NCBI RefSeq assembly: GCF_001194135.2 | Contig: NC_068982.1 | Span: 126,597,634-126,661,633, forward strand | DNA length: 64,000 bases | DNA from: Octopus bimaculoides | Taxonomy: Eukaryota | Reading direction: 5' to 3' | In this document: positions 13,290 to 26,222 of the stretch, piece by piece | How positions within the stretch are numbered: position 1 is the stretch's first letter | Layout of the letters: each line of letters begins with the position of its first letter | Notes under the pieces: model-generated | Databases searched by the model: none | What the model was told of the DNA's origin: nothing | What the model saw: only the letters and a program-made list of their open reading frames with translations | Translations under genes and position numbers: made by a program

Positions 13290-14692
13290 CTTTTACTCTT
13301 TTACTTGCTTCAGTCATTTGACTGTGGCCATGCTGGAGCACCGCCTTTAGTTGAACAAATCGACCCTAGGACTTATNNNNNNNNNNCCTTTAGTTGAACA
13401 AATCGACCCTAGGACTTATTCTGTGTAAGCCTAGTACTTATTCTATCGGTCTCTTTTGCCAAACCGCTAAGTTATGGAGGCGTAAACACACCAGCATCAG
13501 TTGTCAAGTGATGTTGTGGGGGACAAACACAGACTCACAAACATACACACACACATACATATACATATATATATACGGAAAGTTCAAAATCTTTCCCTTT
13601 TATAAATGTACACGGGACAATCCACAATACCGAAAGGCAATGGAACTACTCTTCATAAAAAAATTTTCCCCAAAGTTAAATGTTTGAAAGAGAAAAAAGA
13701 AAAACAAGGAATACATTTTGTATGTATATATATATGTTTGATATGATATATATATAGTTATTTTTACTAAATTGATTTTACTAATTCAATTTTTCAAATT
13801 TACAAAGATTATACTAATATACTCTCATGTAGAACTACACCTTACAAAAAATAAATAAATAAATGAATGTATGACAGGAATNNNNNNNNNNNNNNNNNNN
13901 NNNNNNNNNNNNNNNNNNNNNNNNNNNNNNNNNNNNNNNNNNNNNNNNNNNNNNNNNNNNNNNNNNNNNNNNNNNNNNNNNNNNNNNNNNNNNNNNNNNN
14001 NNNNNNNNNNNNNNNNNNNNNNNNNNNNNNNNNNNNNNNNNNNNNNNNNNNNNNNNNNNNNNNNNNNNNNNNNNNNNNNNNNNNNNNNNNNNNNNNNNNN
14101 NNNNNNNNNNNNNNNNNNNNNNNNNNNNNNNNNNNNNNNNNNNNNNNNNNNNNNNNNNNNNNNNNNNNNNNNNNNNNNNNNNNNNNNNNNNNNNNNNNNN
14201 NNNNNNNNNNNNNNNNNNNNNNNNNNNNNNNNNNNNNNNNNNNNNNNNNNNNNNNNNNNNNNNNNNNNNNNNNNNNNNNNNNNNNNNNNNNNNNNNNNNN
14301 NNNNNNNNNNNNNNNNNNNNNNNNNNNNNNNNNNNNNNNNNNNNNNNNNNNNNNNNNNNNNNNNNNNNNNNNNNNNNNNNNNNNNNNNNNNNNNNNNNNN
14401 NNNNNNNNNNNNNNNNNNNNNNNNNNNNNNNNNNNNNNNNNNNNNNNNNNNNNNNNNNNNNNNNNNNNNNNNNNNNNNNNNNNNNNNNNNNNNNNNNNNN
14501 NNNNNNNNNNNNTATATATGCATATATACGACGGGCTTCTTTCAGTTTCCGTCTACTAAATCCACTCACAAGGCTTTGGTCGGCCCGAGGCTATAGTAGA
14601 AGACACTTGCCCTAGGTGCCACACAGTGGGACTGAACTTGGAACTATGTGGTTGGTAAGCAAGCTACTTACCACACAGCCACTCCTACGCCT
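13290..14692 (-). mobile_element. Composite SINE family A (head, microsatellite/gap, tail) with an internal Penelope fragment
   Basis: Head at 14525-14692 and tail at 13290-13545 in the same orientation, separated by (TA)n and an N gap. Confidence 0.7.
13575..13690 (+). mobile_element. Penelope-like GIY-YIG endonuclease C-terminal fragment
   Basis: GKFKIFPFYKCTRDNPQYRKAMELLFIKKFSPKLNV*, with the RxxxExxFIxxFxPxLN ending typical of Penelope GIY-YIG domains. Confidence 0.65.
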
Positions 14693-14893
14693 CCTCACAG
14701 CCACTCCACACAAGATTTACACAGATATAAGAGTTAGAACTTGTGGTCTACCCGTTGACTGTTTTTGGAAAGTTTTGCCTGCTGCACTAAAAAGTTTCCT
14801 CACCTCTGACTTCACTAGATCTGTAATCATTTGGTGGACTTGGGCTATTGCAGCCATTTGATCCTGGCAACCAGTTTCTTCATCCATTTTTAC

Positions 14894-14959
14894 CTATTTC
14901 CAGTACAATAGAGTTCTTGGTTTGTGGGTGGGGGGATAGGGTTGATCTGCCTCTTCTGT
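14894..14959 (-). CDS. Putative exon (D)RRGRSTLSPHPQTKNSIVLEI, phase 1-1
   Basis: Acceptor tttatgatttag, donor ATAG|gtaaaa, 66 nt, open frame continuous with the 20.8-kb exon. Confidence 0.5.
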   Translation of the reverse strand, partial: TEEADQPYPPTHKPRTLLYWK

Positions 14960-16412
14960 CTAAATCATAAATAAGTAAATAAATTCTTTTACTTGTTTAC
15001 TTGTTTATTGGACTGTGGCCATGCTGGGGTACCACCTTGAAGGACTTAGGCAATCAAATCAATCTAAGAACTTACTTTTTAAAAGTCTGGTGCTTATTTT
15101 CATTGAACTTCTGGAGACCAACATGGATTGACAGGCTGTGAGGAGCAAAGACAAATGCAAAAACACACACACGCACGCATACAATTGCACATGCACATAG
15201 ATATGCACATAGATATGCACATATGCACACACATATATCAATGTTGTCATCGTCGTCACAATCAACATCATCAGCAGCAGTATCATCATTGTCATCATCA
15301 TCATCGCCACCATCACCACCACCGCCACCACCTCCACCACCACCACCACCACCACCACCACCACCACCACCACCACCATCGTCATCGTCATCATCATCAT
15401 CATCATCATCATCATTATTATTTAACAGTCCATCTGCCATGCTGGCACAGGTTAGATGGTTTGACAGGTTCCGATGAGTCAGAGGACTGTGCCATACTTC
15501 AGTCTTCTGCTTTATCATGGTTTCTACAGCTGGATGTCTTTCCTAATGCTAACCACTCTACAGAGTGTACAGGGTACTTTTTCTCATGGCACCAACACAA
15601 GACAACCAGCCATGTACAACTACTTTTGCTCTAAGCAAGTTGGCTTGCTGGGCTGGCCTGCAGTTTTCCCGCTGCTGACTTGACTGTTGGGAAACAAAGT
15701 TTAGAACAATATGAAAAAAGGGATTGGAACAGATGTATTATTTGGGGGAGATATAGCTGCTATTTTGAAGGCTTCAGAGTTATAAATGCTAGTGTATAAT
15801 ATACGATATATAACAGATTGTAAACACAGTGAGAGACACAAAAATAAACCAATATGCCAGCTGAGCACAGACATTATACTGCATGATTAACAAAACTGGT
15901 CAACGAGGATGCCTCTATGTGGTAAACTAATTTGTTAGAAATAGCAACCAAATATTCCCCAAATCACATCCCCACCATCTTAAATAAGCATAAAGGAAAT
16001 GTGTATCTAGGATGATATGATATCATCCTGGATACATTATAACTTTCATTGTAGGTCTGCTCACTCAGAGGTGGCCTGGGGCTAAAACAAGCTCAACAAC
16101 AATAACAACAATAACACTGGATAAGACCTGGTAGTCGTGTAACTGTTTGAAAAATCCAGTGGGATGAGATTGTCCAGTTAGATATGTTAAAATGTCATGA
16201 AAGATGAAATATTTTACCTGTGTCTACCAAAAAGCAAGAGTTGTAATATATTATGCCAAGAATATTGATTCAGAAATTGACTGTAACTCAGAGAACAGCT
16301 CAGACAGAGAATGTATGTATGTATGTATGTATATATGTATGTATGTATGTACATTCATATGTATGTGCTTGTGTGTATATATACATACATACATACATAT
16401 ATATATATATAA

Positions 16413-16495
<83 letters not shown>

Positions 16496-16847
16496 NNNNN
16501 NNNNNNNNNNNNNNNNNNNNNNNNNNNNNNNNNNNNNNNNNNNNNNNNNNNNNNNNNNNNNNNNNNNNNNNNNNNNNNNNNNNNNNNNNNNNNNNNNNNN
16601 NNNNNNNNNNNNNNNNNNNNNNNNNNNNNNNNNNNNNNNNNNNNNNNNNNNNNNNNNNNNNNNNNNNNNNNNNNNNNNNNNNNNNNNNNNNNNNNNNNNN
16701 NNNNNNNNNNNNNNNNNNNNNNNNNNNNNNNNNNNNNNNNNNNNNNNNNNNNNNNNNNNNNNNNNNNNNNNNNNNNNNNNNNNNNNNNNNNNNNNNNNNN
16801 NNNNNNNNNNNNNNNNNNNNNNNNNNNNNNNNNNNNNNNNNNNNNTA

Positions 16848-16936
<89 letters not shown>

Positions 16937-17284
16937 ATATATGCACAATTTATTCATTCTGTTCAAGTATGGATTAGGTATACAGAGAGAACGTTCCTCT
17001 AAGCAAGCATAATATTTGCAAGTAAACACAGAATAATAATAAATGTGCCTACATATACACACATCTACACACACATACACACACACGCATACACACACAT
17101 ACACACACACGCATACACACACACACATACACACATCTACACATCTAGACACACATACACACAACTACACATCTACACACACACTCATGTATGTATGTAT
17201 CATCATCATTTAATGTCTGCTTTATATATATATATATATATATATATATGCATATATATGCATATCTATATATATACATGCATG

Positions 17285-17316
<32 letters not shown>

Positions 17317-17785
17317 CGTATTTATGTATGTATATATATGTGTATGTATGATACATACACACACATATATATATGTATATATATATGCATATATGTACAT
17401 ATATATGTATATATATACATACATATATATGTAGATGTGTATATATATATCATTTGTGAGTGTATGTGCATGTGTGTGTGCATGCATGTGTGCATGTGTA
17501 TACGTGTGTGTGCATGCATGAGCATGTTAGTGTACATACACATATATTACATTGACAGGTAGTCAGTAACAGATCTCCTCACACACATACACAAACACAC
17601 ACACACACATACACATATATCTATATGTGCATTCACAAGTGTNNNNNNNNNNNNNNNNNNNNNNNNNNNNNNNNNNNNNNNNNNNNNNNNNNNNNNNNNN
17701 NNNNNNNNNNNNNNNNNNNNNNNNNNNNNNNNNNNNNNNNNNNNNNNNNNNNNNNNNNNNNNNNNNNNNNNNNNNNNNNNNNNNN

Positions 17786-17827
<42 letters not shown>

Positions 17828-18399
17828 TCACACACACACACACATATATATATATACATACATATATATGTAGATGTGTATATATATATCATTTGTGAGT
17901 GTATGTGCATGTGTGTGTGCATGCATGTGTGCATGTGTATACGTGTGTGTGCATGCATGAGCATGTTAGTGTACATACACATATATTACATTGACAGGTA
18001 GTCAGTAACAGATCTCCTCACACACATACACAAACACACACACACACATACACATATATCTATATGTGCATTCACAAGTGTTTGAGGACACATACATATT
18101 CATAACAAGAAACATTACAATCCATTTTTCTTAATCAACAGTATGCCAGGCAGTTTTAACTCTGTCCTTCATATAACAGATGATATTAGAGAAAGTTCAT
18201 TTACAAATGCTCAGAGTCTGTACAACCCCAGTCTCAAAGTCAACCAATTCTATGTTGTCAGATCCACTAACTGTCATAAATGAAAACACATGGCTTAATG
18301 GTTAGGGTATTTGACTCTTGGTTGTAAATTCATGTGTTTGATTTCCAACAGTGCATTATGTCCTTAAGTGAAACACTCTAGTTCATGTTAGCCTATTTA

Positions 18400-18985
18400 A
18401 AAGTACCCTTGAATCATTGGGTGATACGCTGCGCTTGAGAAGACCTATTGAGTCAAGTAGAATCAAAATGGAAATCGTAGTTGTGGACGACGCTAGTGCC
18501 ACCTGATTGGCACCCATGCCGGTGGCACGTAATAAGCACTATTCAAGCGTAAGTCAATACCAGTGCTGCCTGACTGACTCCCCATGTCAGTGGCATGTAA
18601 AAAGCACCATCTGAACGTGGTCGATGCCAGTGCCACTGGACTGGCTCCTATGCCATTGACACATAAAAAATACCATCTGAATGTGGTCAATGCCAGTTTG
18701 GTTCCTGTTCTGGTGGCGAGTAAAAAACATTATCCGAACGTGGTCGATGCCAGTGGTGCCTGACTGGCTCCTATACTGGTGGCACGTAAAAGGCACCTAC
18801 TACACTCTCGGAGTGGTTGACGTTAGTAAGGGCATCCAGCTGTAGAAACCTTGCCAGATCAGATTGGAGCCTGGAGCAGCCTTCTGGCTTGCCAGTCCTC
18901 AGTCAAACCATCCAACCCATGCCAACATGGAAAACGGACATTAAACGACGACAATGATGATGGTGATGATAATAATGATGATGAT
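18400..18985 (+). mobile_element. RTE 3' UTR with five ~65-bp tandem units and (ATG)n tail
   Basis: Units of the form gatgccagtgccgcctgactggctcc..gccggtggcacgtaaaaagcaccat..gagcgtggtc, followed by the family D tail. Confidence 0.85.
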
Positions 18986-20829
18986 GATGATGATACTCCA
19001 GTTCGCTCAACTGACAAAAATGAGTAGTACCTGTATTTCAAAGGGCCAGCCTTGTTACATCCTGTGTCACGCTGAATCTCCCTGAGAACTCCATTAAGGG
19101 TATGTGTGTCAGGGGAATGCTCAGTCCCTTGCACATTGATTTCATGAACAGGTTGTTCCATTGATTGAATCAACACAAACCCTCATTGTCATAAACGATG
19201 GAATGCCAGTTAATTGTCATGGTTCAGTAGATGAAGAAATCTGATGTTTCAGTCTAAGAACCACATCTTTTGTGATTTTGTTATGTATGTTACAGTTTTC
19301 GTCTTTTATCTTTTACTTGTTTTACTCATAGGACTGTGGCCATGCTGGAGCACTGCTTTGGCAGGTTTTAGCTGAAAAAATCAATCCCAATACTTACAAG
19401 TTTTCTTAAGTCTGGTACTTATTTTATCAGTCTCTTTTGTTGAACTACTAAGTTATAGGGATGTAAGCAAATCAACATTGATTGTCAAATGGTGGGGGCA
19501 GGAGTGACAAACATAGACACGAAGGCACAAACACATGTTAACATATAACACACACCCATCCGTATGCACACATGCATGCATGTACACACACACGCATGTG
19601 TGCACATGCACATACAGATATGTATAACAAGCTTTTGTGCAATTTCCATCAATCAAATTCAATTGGTCAGCTCAGTGCTATGGTAGAAAATACTTGCCCA
19701 AGATGTCCTACATTGTATAGGCTAATATAATTTAATATGATGCAGGGAATTGCTGGAGAAAATTCCAATATTTTTATACTTTAAATCAGCGGATGATAAG
19801 TTGGGTGACAGTATTGTTTGCAAACTCAGATCAAGACAGCAACTGTCAAAATGATGCTATGGAAGAAAATGGTGTTCAGAGATTCTGTGATTTTTCTCAG
19901 AAATAAAATATTTAAACTAGGTGCAATATAAATGTTTTAGATACATTTTTTACAATAAATAAATGAATAAATAATATAAAATAAAATAAGAAATTGTATT
20001 TGAGATTGAAATAAGACTAGAAAATTGTGTTCAACAGAATCCCCGAACAGAAACATGACTGATGATTCACCAAGGTCCATTATAATTCTTTCTTCTATAG
20101 GCACAAGNNNNNNNNNNNNNNNNNNNNNNNNNNNNNNNNNNNNNNNNNNNNNNNNNNNNNNNNNNNNNNATTGACAGGTACTTATTTTATCAACCCTGAA
20201 AGGATGAAAGACAAAGTCGACCTCGACGCATTTGAACTCAGTGCTTAAATAAAGGTGAGATGCCACAGCATTTTGTCTGGTTTGCTAATATTTCTTTTCT
20301 TCTCTAGGCACAAGGCCCGAAATTTTTGGGGAAGGGGCCAGTTGATTAGTATGCAACTGGTGCATAATTTATCAACTCCGAAAGGATGAAAGGCAAAGTC
20401 AACCTCGGCGGAATTTGCACTCAGAACGTCAAGACAGATGAAATACTGTTAAGCATTTCACCTGGCATGCTAACATTTCTGCCAGCTCGCCACCTTAAAA
20501 ATATTCTTTTCTACTCTAGGCATAAGGCCCGAAATTTTGGGGGAGTAGGGTCAGTCGATTAGATTGATCCCAGTATGCAACTGGTACTTAATTTATCAAC
20601 CCCAAAAGGATGAAAGGCAAAGTCACCTCTGGCAGAATTTGAACTCAGAACATCCAATATAATGAAATTATAAGTAGTCAACATTTCTAAGAATTTCCAC
20701 AAATATTTAACACAGAGAGCACTTGTCCATAAAAATATCTAAACAGCAACACATACTGGATGGGATAGTATAAGAAAATACGGATAATTAACTACTATGG
20801 ATAATTAATTTCTCTTTGATTAAAATAAC

Positions 20830-20882
20830 CTGCTGTTTTTGTGCTGCTTTTCTTTTCCTTGCCAAACATACAATGAAGGCAT
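20830..20882 (-). CDS. Putative exon (Q)CLHCMFGKEKKSSTKTA (alternative frame AFIVCLARKRKAAQKQQ)
   Basis: Acceptor gtgtttttcag, donor CAG|gttatt, 53 nt; all three frames are open so the frame comes from neighbouring exons. Confidence 0.55.
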
Positions 20883-21024
20883 CTGAAAAACACCATTTAG
20901 TGAAAGTGGGTGGTGCTGAGTAAGAAATGGTTGAGAACCATTATTTTAAATGATTATTTGTTTGAGCCTGAAGACCACAAATTATTCTAATATTTCTATA
21001 CTTACTAATTAATTTGTTCTTTAC

Positions 21025-21082
21025 TGCAGTGTTTTGTCCTTCAGTCTGGCACAACATAAATGGAGAAATAATTGCAAAATAC
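21025..21082 (-). CDS. Putative exon (G)ILQLFLHLCCARLKDKTL, phase 1-2
   Basis: Acceptor ttttcttcacatcaaacag; donor GCA|gtaaag; a second donor TTA|gtaagt at 21006 fits the alternative frame. Confidence 0.55.
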
Positions 21083-21539
21083 CTGTTTGATGTGAAGAAA
21101 ACTATTGCCTGACTTCCCAGCAATGAATAGAGAAGAGTTACAATGTTATTTGTGTGGATTCTGTAACAACTGTTTCATTTCTGTGATTCTCTTGAGAGGT
21201 TAATTATGTTAAGGAAATTCTCACTGTATTCCATTACCTAAGATAGCAATTTATTTAAAATGGGAAATAGTTTCTTTCACTGTTTTGGCATTAAAGTCTT
21301 GAAAAAGGTAAAGGCAGTCAATGATTGAAATAACCGACCAAAAAAAAAAAACTTTCTGAATTTTTTCTTGTGCACAGAATAAAATAAATTGGAACAACAT
21401 TGAGGAAAAACAAGACAAAACAAAATAAAAACAAAAAAAAACAGCAACTTATTTCTATGAGATTCTGGATGTAGACATCTATAAGACTTGGCTTGTCTTA
21501 CTGAGAGCTGTTATAATTGGGAAAATAAAGTAATTTGGA

Positions 21540-21900
21540 ATGACTCGTATATCATCCACCTTACCCCTCTACATATGGTATTTCCCATCATCTGCACCGT
21601 CAAACTTGTCCATCACTCACTACATTGACCCTGACTTCCACCTATTTACTCCCCACTCACACTCTTATGAAAGCATCTCCTCTCCTGATTCACCATCCAT
21701 ATCCTCTCTAATAGTCATCCCCTTGTTCTTTGGGAGTTGTTTACTCAACTACCCCCAACACTACCTCCCTTTTATCTCCTCTGTAGCAAGACTCCTGTGC
21801 TTGTCCCTTCTATCATATTTTAGTTTTTCAACACCTGACATACTTACTATCCACCTCCACCTCCCTCCCTCCCCCAAACACTTCCTCTTAGCAGTGGAAC
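21540..21900 (+). mobile_element. Degenerate C-rich Penelope-like RT fragment
   Basis: DPDFHLFTPHSHSYESISSPDSPSIS loosely resembles the Penelope RT FHPxLxFT..SISFLD motif; a similar C-rich segment lies on the minus strand at ~51500-51950. Confidence 0.35.
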
Positions 21901-22748
21901 CCTTTCCCTTTTTCTTTGTTTTTTTTTTCTGTCTTGCATATTACATGGCAACCTCACTTGTGCTGGTGCTACATAAAAAAAAAGCACCCAGTACACTCTG
22001 TAAAGTGGTTAGCATTAGGAAGGGTATCTAGTCATAGAAACCATGCCAAAGGGGACACTGAAGCTTGATGCAGCCCTGAAGCTCACTGGCTCCCTGTCAA
22101 ATCGTCCTACCAGTGCCAGCATCATCATCATCATCGTCGTCGTTTAACGTCCGCTTTCCATGCTAGCATGGATTGGACGATTTGACTGAGGACTGGTGAA
22201 ACCAGATGGCTACACCAGGCACCAATCTGATTTGGCAGAGTTTCTACAGCTGGATACCCTTCCTAACGCCAACCACTCAGAGAATGTAGTGGGTGCTTTT
22301 ACGTGTCACCCGCACAAAGGTCAGTCAGGCGGTACTGGCAATGGCCATGCTCAAAATGGTGTNNNNNNNNNNNNNNNNNNNNNNNNNNNNNNNNNNNNNN
22401 NNNNNNNNNNNNNNNNNNNNNNNNNNNNNNNNNNNNNNNNNNNNNNNNNNNNNNNNNNNNNNNNNNNNNNNNNNNNNNNNNNNNNNNNNNNNNNNNNNNN
22501 NNNNNNNNNNNNNNNNNNNNNNNNNNNNNNNNNNNNNNNNNNNNNNNNNNNNNNNNNNNNNNNNNNNNNNNNNNNNNNNNNNNNNNNNNNNNNNNNNNNN
22601 NNNNNNNNNNNNNNNNNNNNNNNNNNNNNNNNNNNNNNNNNNNNNNNNNNNNNNNNNNNNNNNNNNNNNNNNNNNNNNNNNNNNNNNNNNNNNNNNNNNN
22701 NNNNNNNNNNNNNNNNNNNNNNNNNNNNNNNNNNNNNNNNNCGATGAC

Positions 22749-22795
<47 letters not shown>

Positions 22796-23484
22796 CGACG
22801 ACGATGACGATGATGACGATGATGATGACGATGACGATGATGACGATGATGATGATGATGATGAGGAGGAGGAGGAGGAGGAGGAGGAGGAGGAGGGGGA
22901 GGAGAAGGATTAGTGATAGTCGACACAATGGTATGGGAGTAAAATACTTGTGAATTGAATCCATAATTTGGTTTTGATTTCTAGTTGGTGGTCCATCAGT
23001 TAAGTTGTACAACCTCCCGGAAAAAGAATGAATATTATTCAAAAACTATACATTTTCTCTCTGTATAAACCTGAAACGTCATATGTCGACAAAAGAGAAT
23101 TTGTTATAAGGTAGCTGTTGTGGCTTGGTGGTAAATTCTCTGAAACAAATCTGACAATTCAGTTTCAATATTTAATTGTAGCTGTAACAGTCATATCTTT
23201 AATGCTCATGGGAGAGACAAAATATGAAAAGTTTACAATGCTTTCCACTAATCTATTGCAATGTAACTTTATGTCAAATTAAGAAACAATTATTAATACG
23301 ACTGACACATTCTGTAGAAAGAATTTCTTTGAAAATAACATAGAATTCTTTGCTGGATGTTGACAAAAGAATATCAAGACTGTATTCAATACATTTGCTG
23401 AAACACTTGTGTGTTGCCTGGGAAATACAAACTACTTCACTTCTGCATGCCTTTATATAACATAAGAAGACATTCAAGGAATAC

Positions 23485-23545
23485 CTTGACGATTTTGACA
23501 AGAATATAGCTCTGGCAGTTCCAAGGAACCAATTGTTGTAGCTGA
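23485..23545 (-). CDS. Putative exon SATTIGSLELPELYSCQNRQ, phase 0-1
   Basis: Strong acceptor attattttctttaacag, donor AAG|gtattc, 61 nt; lies inside the 110-aa ORF 23274-23606, which is in a different frame. Confidence 0.55.
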
Positions 23546-23874
23546 CTGTTAAAGAAAATAATTTAATAATTTTCCATAATGTTATTATTTCAAATAAAAT
23601 TTTCAATATAATTTCTGAAAATGCATCTGCTTTGCCATTCCATTGCCATCTTCAAGGAAGACCTGTAGTGCCATCACAGAATGTTTCCTGAAAATTATAT
23701 TTCTGTGATAAAAAAAACTAAAGTATAGACACATTTATCATAGGCGCAGGTGTTGCTGTGTTGTAAGAAGTTTGCTTCCCTGCCTCATGGTTCTGGGTTC
23801 AGTCCCACTGCATGGCACCTTGCGCAAGTGTCTTCTAACTATATTTGGATGTGTAATGTCAGTGTTCATACTCG

Positions 23875-24910
23875 ATAGAGTGTAAGTACCTTGAGAGAAA
23901 AGTTGGACCTAGGAAGCATCAGTTGTGGTGTGCAAGAGAGGCGATTACACTGATATGGTCATGTAGCAAGAATGGATGAGGATCGCTGTGTGAAAAAGTG
24001 CCACGCCCTAGCGGTTGAGAGAACCTGTGGAAGAGGTAGACCCAGGAAGACCTGGGATGAGGTGGTGAAGCACAACCTTTGAACATTAGACCTCACCAAG
24101 GCAATGACTTGTGATCGAGACCTTTGGAAATATGCTGTGCGTGAGAAGACCCGGCAAGCCAAGTGAAACCATAACCAGGAGTGTAGCCAGCCCATTTATG
24201 TGTACCTTTCCTTCATTGGACACTAAACTCTGCTTGCAAAGACCTGTTGAGGCAAGTGAAATTGAAATCGAAATCAAACCTAATTCGATGACTGGCACCC
24301 ATGCCAACCTTTCCTTCACTGGACACTAAACTCTGCCTATGAAGACCTGTTGGGGCAAGTGAAATCAAAATCGAAATTGAAACAAATTCGATGACTGGCA
24401 CCTGTGCCAGTGGAGCACTAACAGCACCAAACTAAATTTGATGACTGGCGCCCATGCCAGTGGAGTGCTAACAGCACTGTCCGAGCATGATCATTGCCAG
24501 AGCAGCTGTCTGGCTTCCATGTCGGTGGCACGTAAATAGCACCTTTTGAGTGTGATCGTTACCAGTGTCGCCTTACTGGTACTTGTGCCAGTGGCACGTG
24601 AGAAAACATTCAAGCAAGGTCATTGCTAGTGCCGCTGGACTGGCTCCTGTGCAGGTGGCACGTAAAAAACACTATTTTGAGCGTGGCCATTGCCAGTACC
24701 GGCTGACTGCACCCCGTGCCAGTGGTACATAAATGTACCCACTACACTCTCAGAGTGGTTGGTGTTAGGAAGGGCATCCAGCTGTAGAAACTCAGCCAGA
24801 TCAGATTGGAACCTGGTGCAGCCATCTGGTTCGCCAGTCCTCAGTCAAATCATCCAACCCATGCTAGCATGGAAAGCGGATGTTAAACAATGATGATGAT
24901 GATGATGATA
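23875..24910 (+). mobile_element. RTE LINE 3' end: ORF C-terminus, ~100-bp internal duplication, tandem units and tail
   Basis: RCGVQERRLH*YGHVARMDEDRCVKKCHALAVERTCGRGRPRKTWDEVVKHNL; 24209-24300 repeated at 24311-24402; ends in (ATG)n. Confidence 0.85.
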
Positions 24911-25512
24911 ATGAAATATATATTTTTGTCTTTGTGTCTGTGTTTGTTCCCCCATCATCGCTTGCCCTTCCTACCGTTGCTTGTTGCTCCACTGTCATTT
25001 GACAATCGATGCTGATGTGTTTATGTCCCCATAACTAGCAGTTCAGCAAAGGAGACTGATAAAATAAGTACCAAGTTTACAAAGAATAAGCTCTGGAGTC
25101 ATCTAGTTCAACTAAAAAGCAGTGCTCCTGCATGGCCGCACTCAAGTGAGTAAAACAAGTAAAAGAATATATGCATGTATATATGTATGTATGCATGTAT
25201 GTATGTATGTATGTATGTATGTATGTATGCATGTATATGTGCATCTGTCTGTCTGTTTATCTATGTCACTATCGATATCTAGCCATTTTACACACATATG
25301 CACACACAAGCACGCATGCATGCTCATGCACACGCACACACATACACACACACACACACACACACGCACACACACACACACGCACACACAAGATACAAAA
25401 TTGTCTACTTGATCCCTTTTAAAAACGGCAACCTTCAACCAACTTCAAATTAGGTCACAGATATCAAAGTTAAAAACTTGTGATTTAATAATATCAAGAT
25501 CTATTGGTTCAC

Positions 25513-25556
25513 CTGAAGACAAGTTACCAGCTGACCTCTTGCCAGATGGTATACTT
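25513..25556 (-). CDS. Putative exon (E)VYHLARGQLVTCLQ, phase 1-0
   Basis: Acceptor aaaatttctctag, donor CAG|gtgaac, 44 nt, joins in frame with 23545. Confidence 0.55.
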
Positions 25557-25843
25557 CTAGAGAAATTTTCAGTCGGCAAAAATGAAAAGTTGGTCACCAA
25601 AGAAAGAATTATAAAGCAAATTTATTGTTTCTTAACAAAAGGATGTCTCTATAATTTGTTCCTCATTTGTATGTCCCACTTTCTCTATGCTGGCTTGGGT
25701 TGAAAGTAAAATCTTAGAGTTGTTTTTAACGACTGGATGTCTTTCCTGTTGCTAACCCTTGTCTTATTTTTAATCATGTAAAGTGTTATTCATCTGACCT
25801 TTGTACACTGAAACCACTAATCTGCAAGTTATACTGTTCTTGG

Positions 25844-26222
25844 GTGGAGGCACAATGGCCCAGTGGTTAGGGCAGCGGACTCGCAGTCATAGGATCGCAG
25901 TTTCGATTCCTGGACCGGGCGTTGTGAGTGTTTATTGAGCGAAAACACCAAAAGCTCCATGAGACTCCGGCAGGGGATGGTGGTGAACCCTGCTGTACTC
26001 TTTCACCACAACTTTCTCTCACTCTTACTTCCTGTTTCTGTTGTGCCTGTAATTCAAAGGGCCAGCCTTGTCACACTGTGTCACGCTGAATATCCCTGAG
26101 AACTATGTTAAGGGTACACATGTCTGTGGAGTGCTCAGCCACTTGCACGTTAATTTCACAAGCAGGTTGTTCCGTTGATCAGATCAACTGGAACCCTCGA
26201 CGTCGTAACCGACGGAGTGCCA
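25844..26222 (+). mobile_element. tRNA-headed SINE family C with 11-bp TSD
   Basis: A box tggcccagtgg, B-box-like agtttcgattcc; TSD actgttcttgg at 25833-25843 and 26223-26233. Confidence 0.92.

Noticed and set aside
15059-15634. Poly-His/Asp/Gly/Pro ORFs (also 26.6, 27.1-27.8, 34.1, 45.4, 58.3-58.9 kb)
   Set aside because: Triplet microsatellites, mostly LINE/SINE tails; no splice or domain support
17410-18081. ~230-bp direct duplication (17410-17641 / 17850-18081)
   Set aside because: Essentially identical copies on either side of an N gap; most likely unmerged contig overlap, as at 13345-13420 and 40175-40247
19790-19910. Plus-strand exon candidate RMISWVTVLFANSDQDSNCQNDAMEENGVQRFCDFSQK*
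   Set aside because: Isolated, ends in a stop, and has no linked plus-strand exons; within chance expectation
23274-23606. 110-aa minus-strand ORF as one long exon
   Set aside because: No good donor at its 3' end; an internal acceptor/donor pair (23545-23485) fits the spliced model better. Not fully excluded (see the dual-frame finding)
25844-25920. tRNA gene
   Set aside because: It has Pol III boxes but no complete cloverleaf, and it is the head of a 380-bp SINE with TSDs
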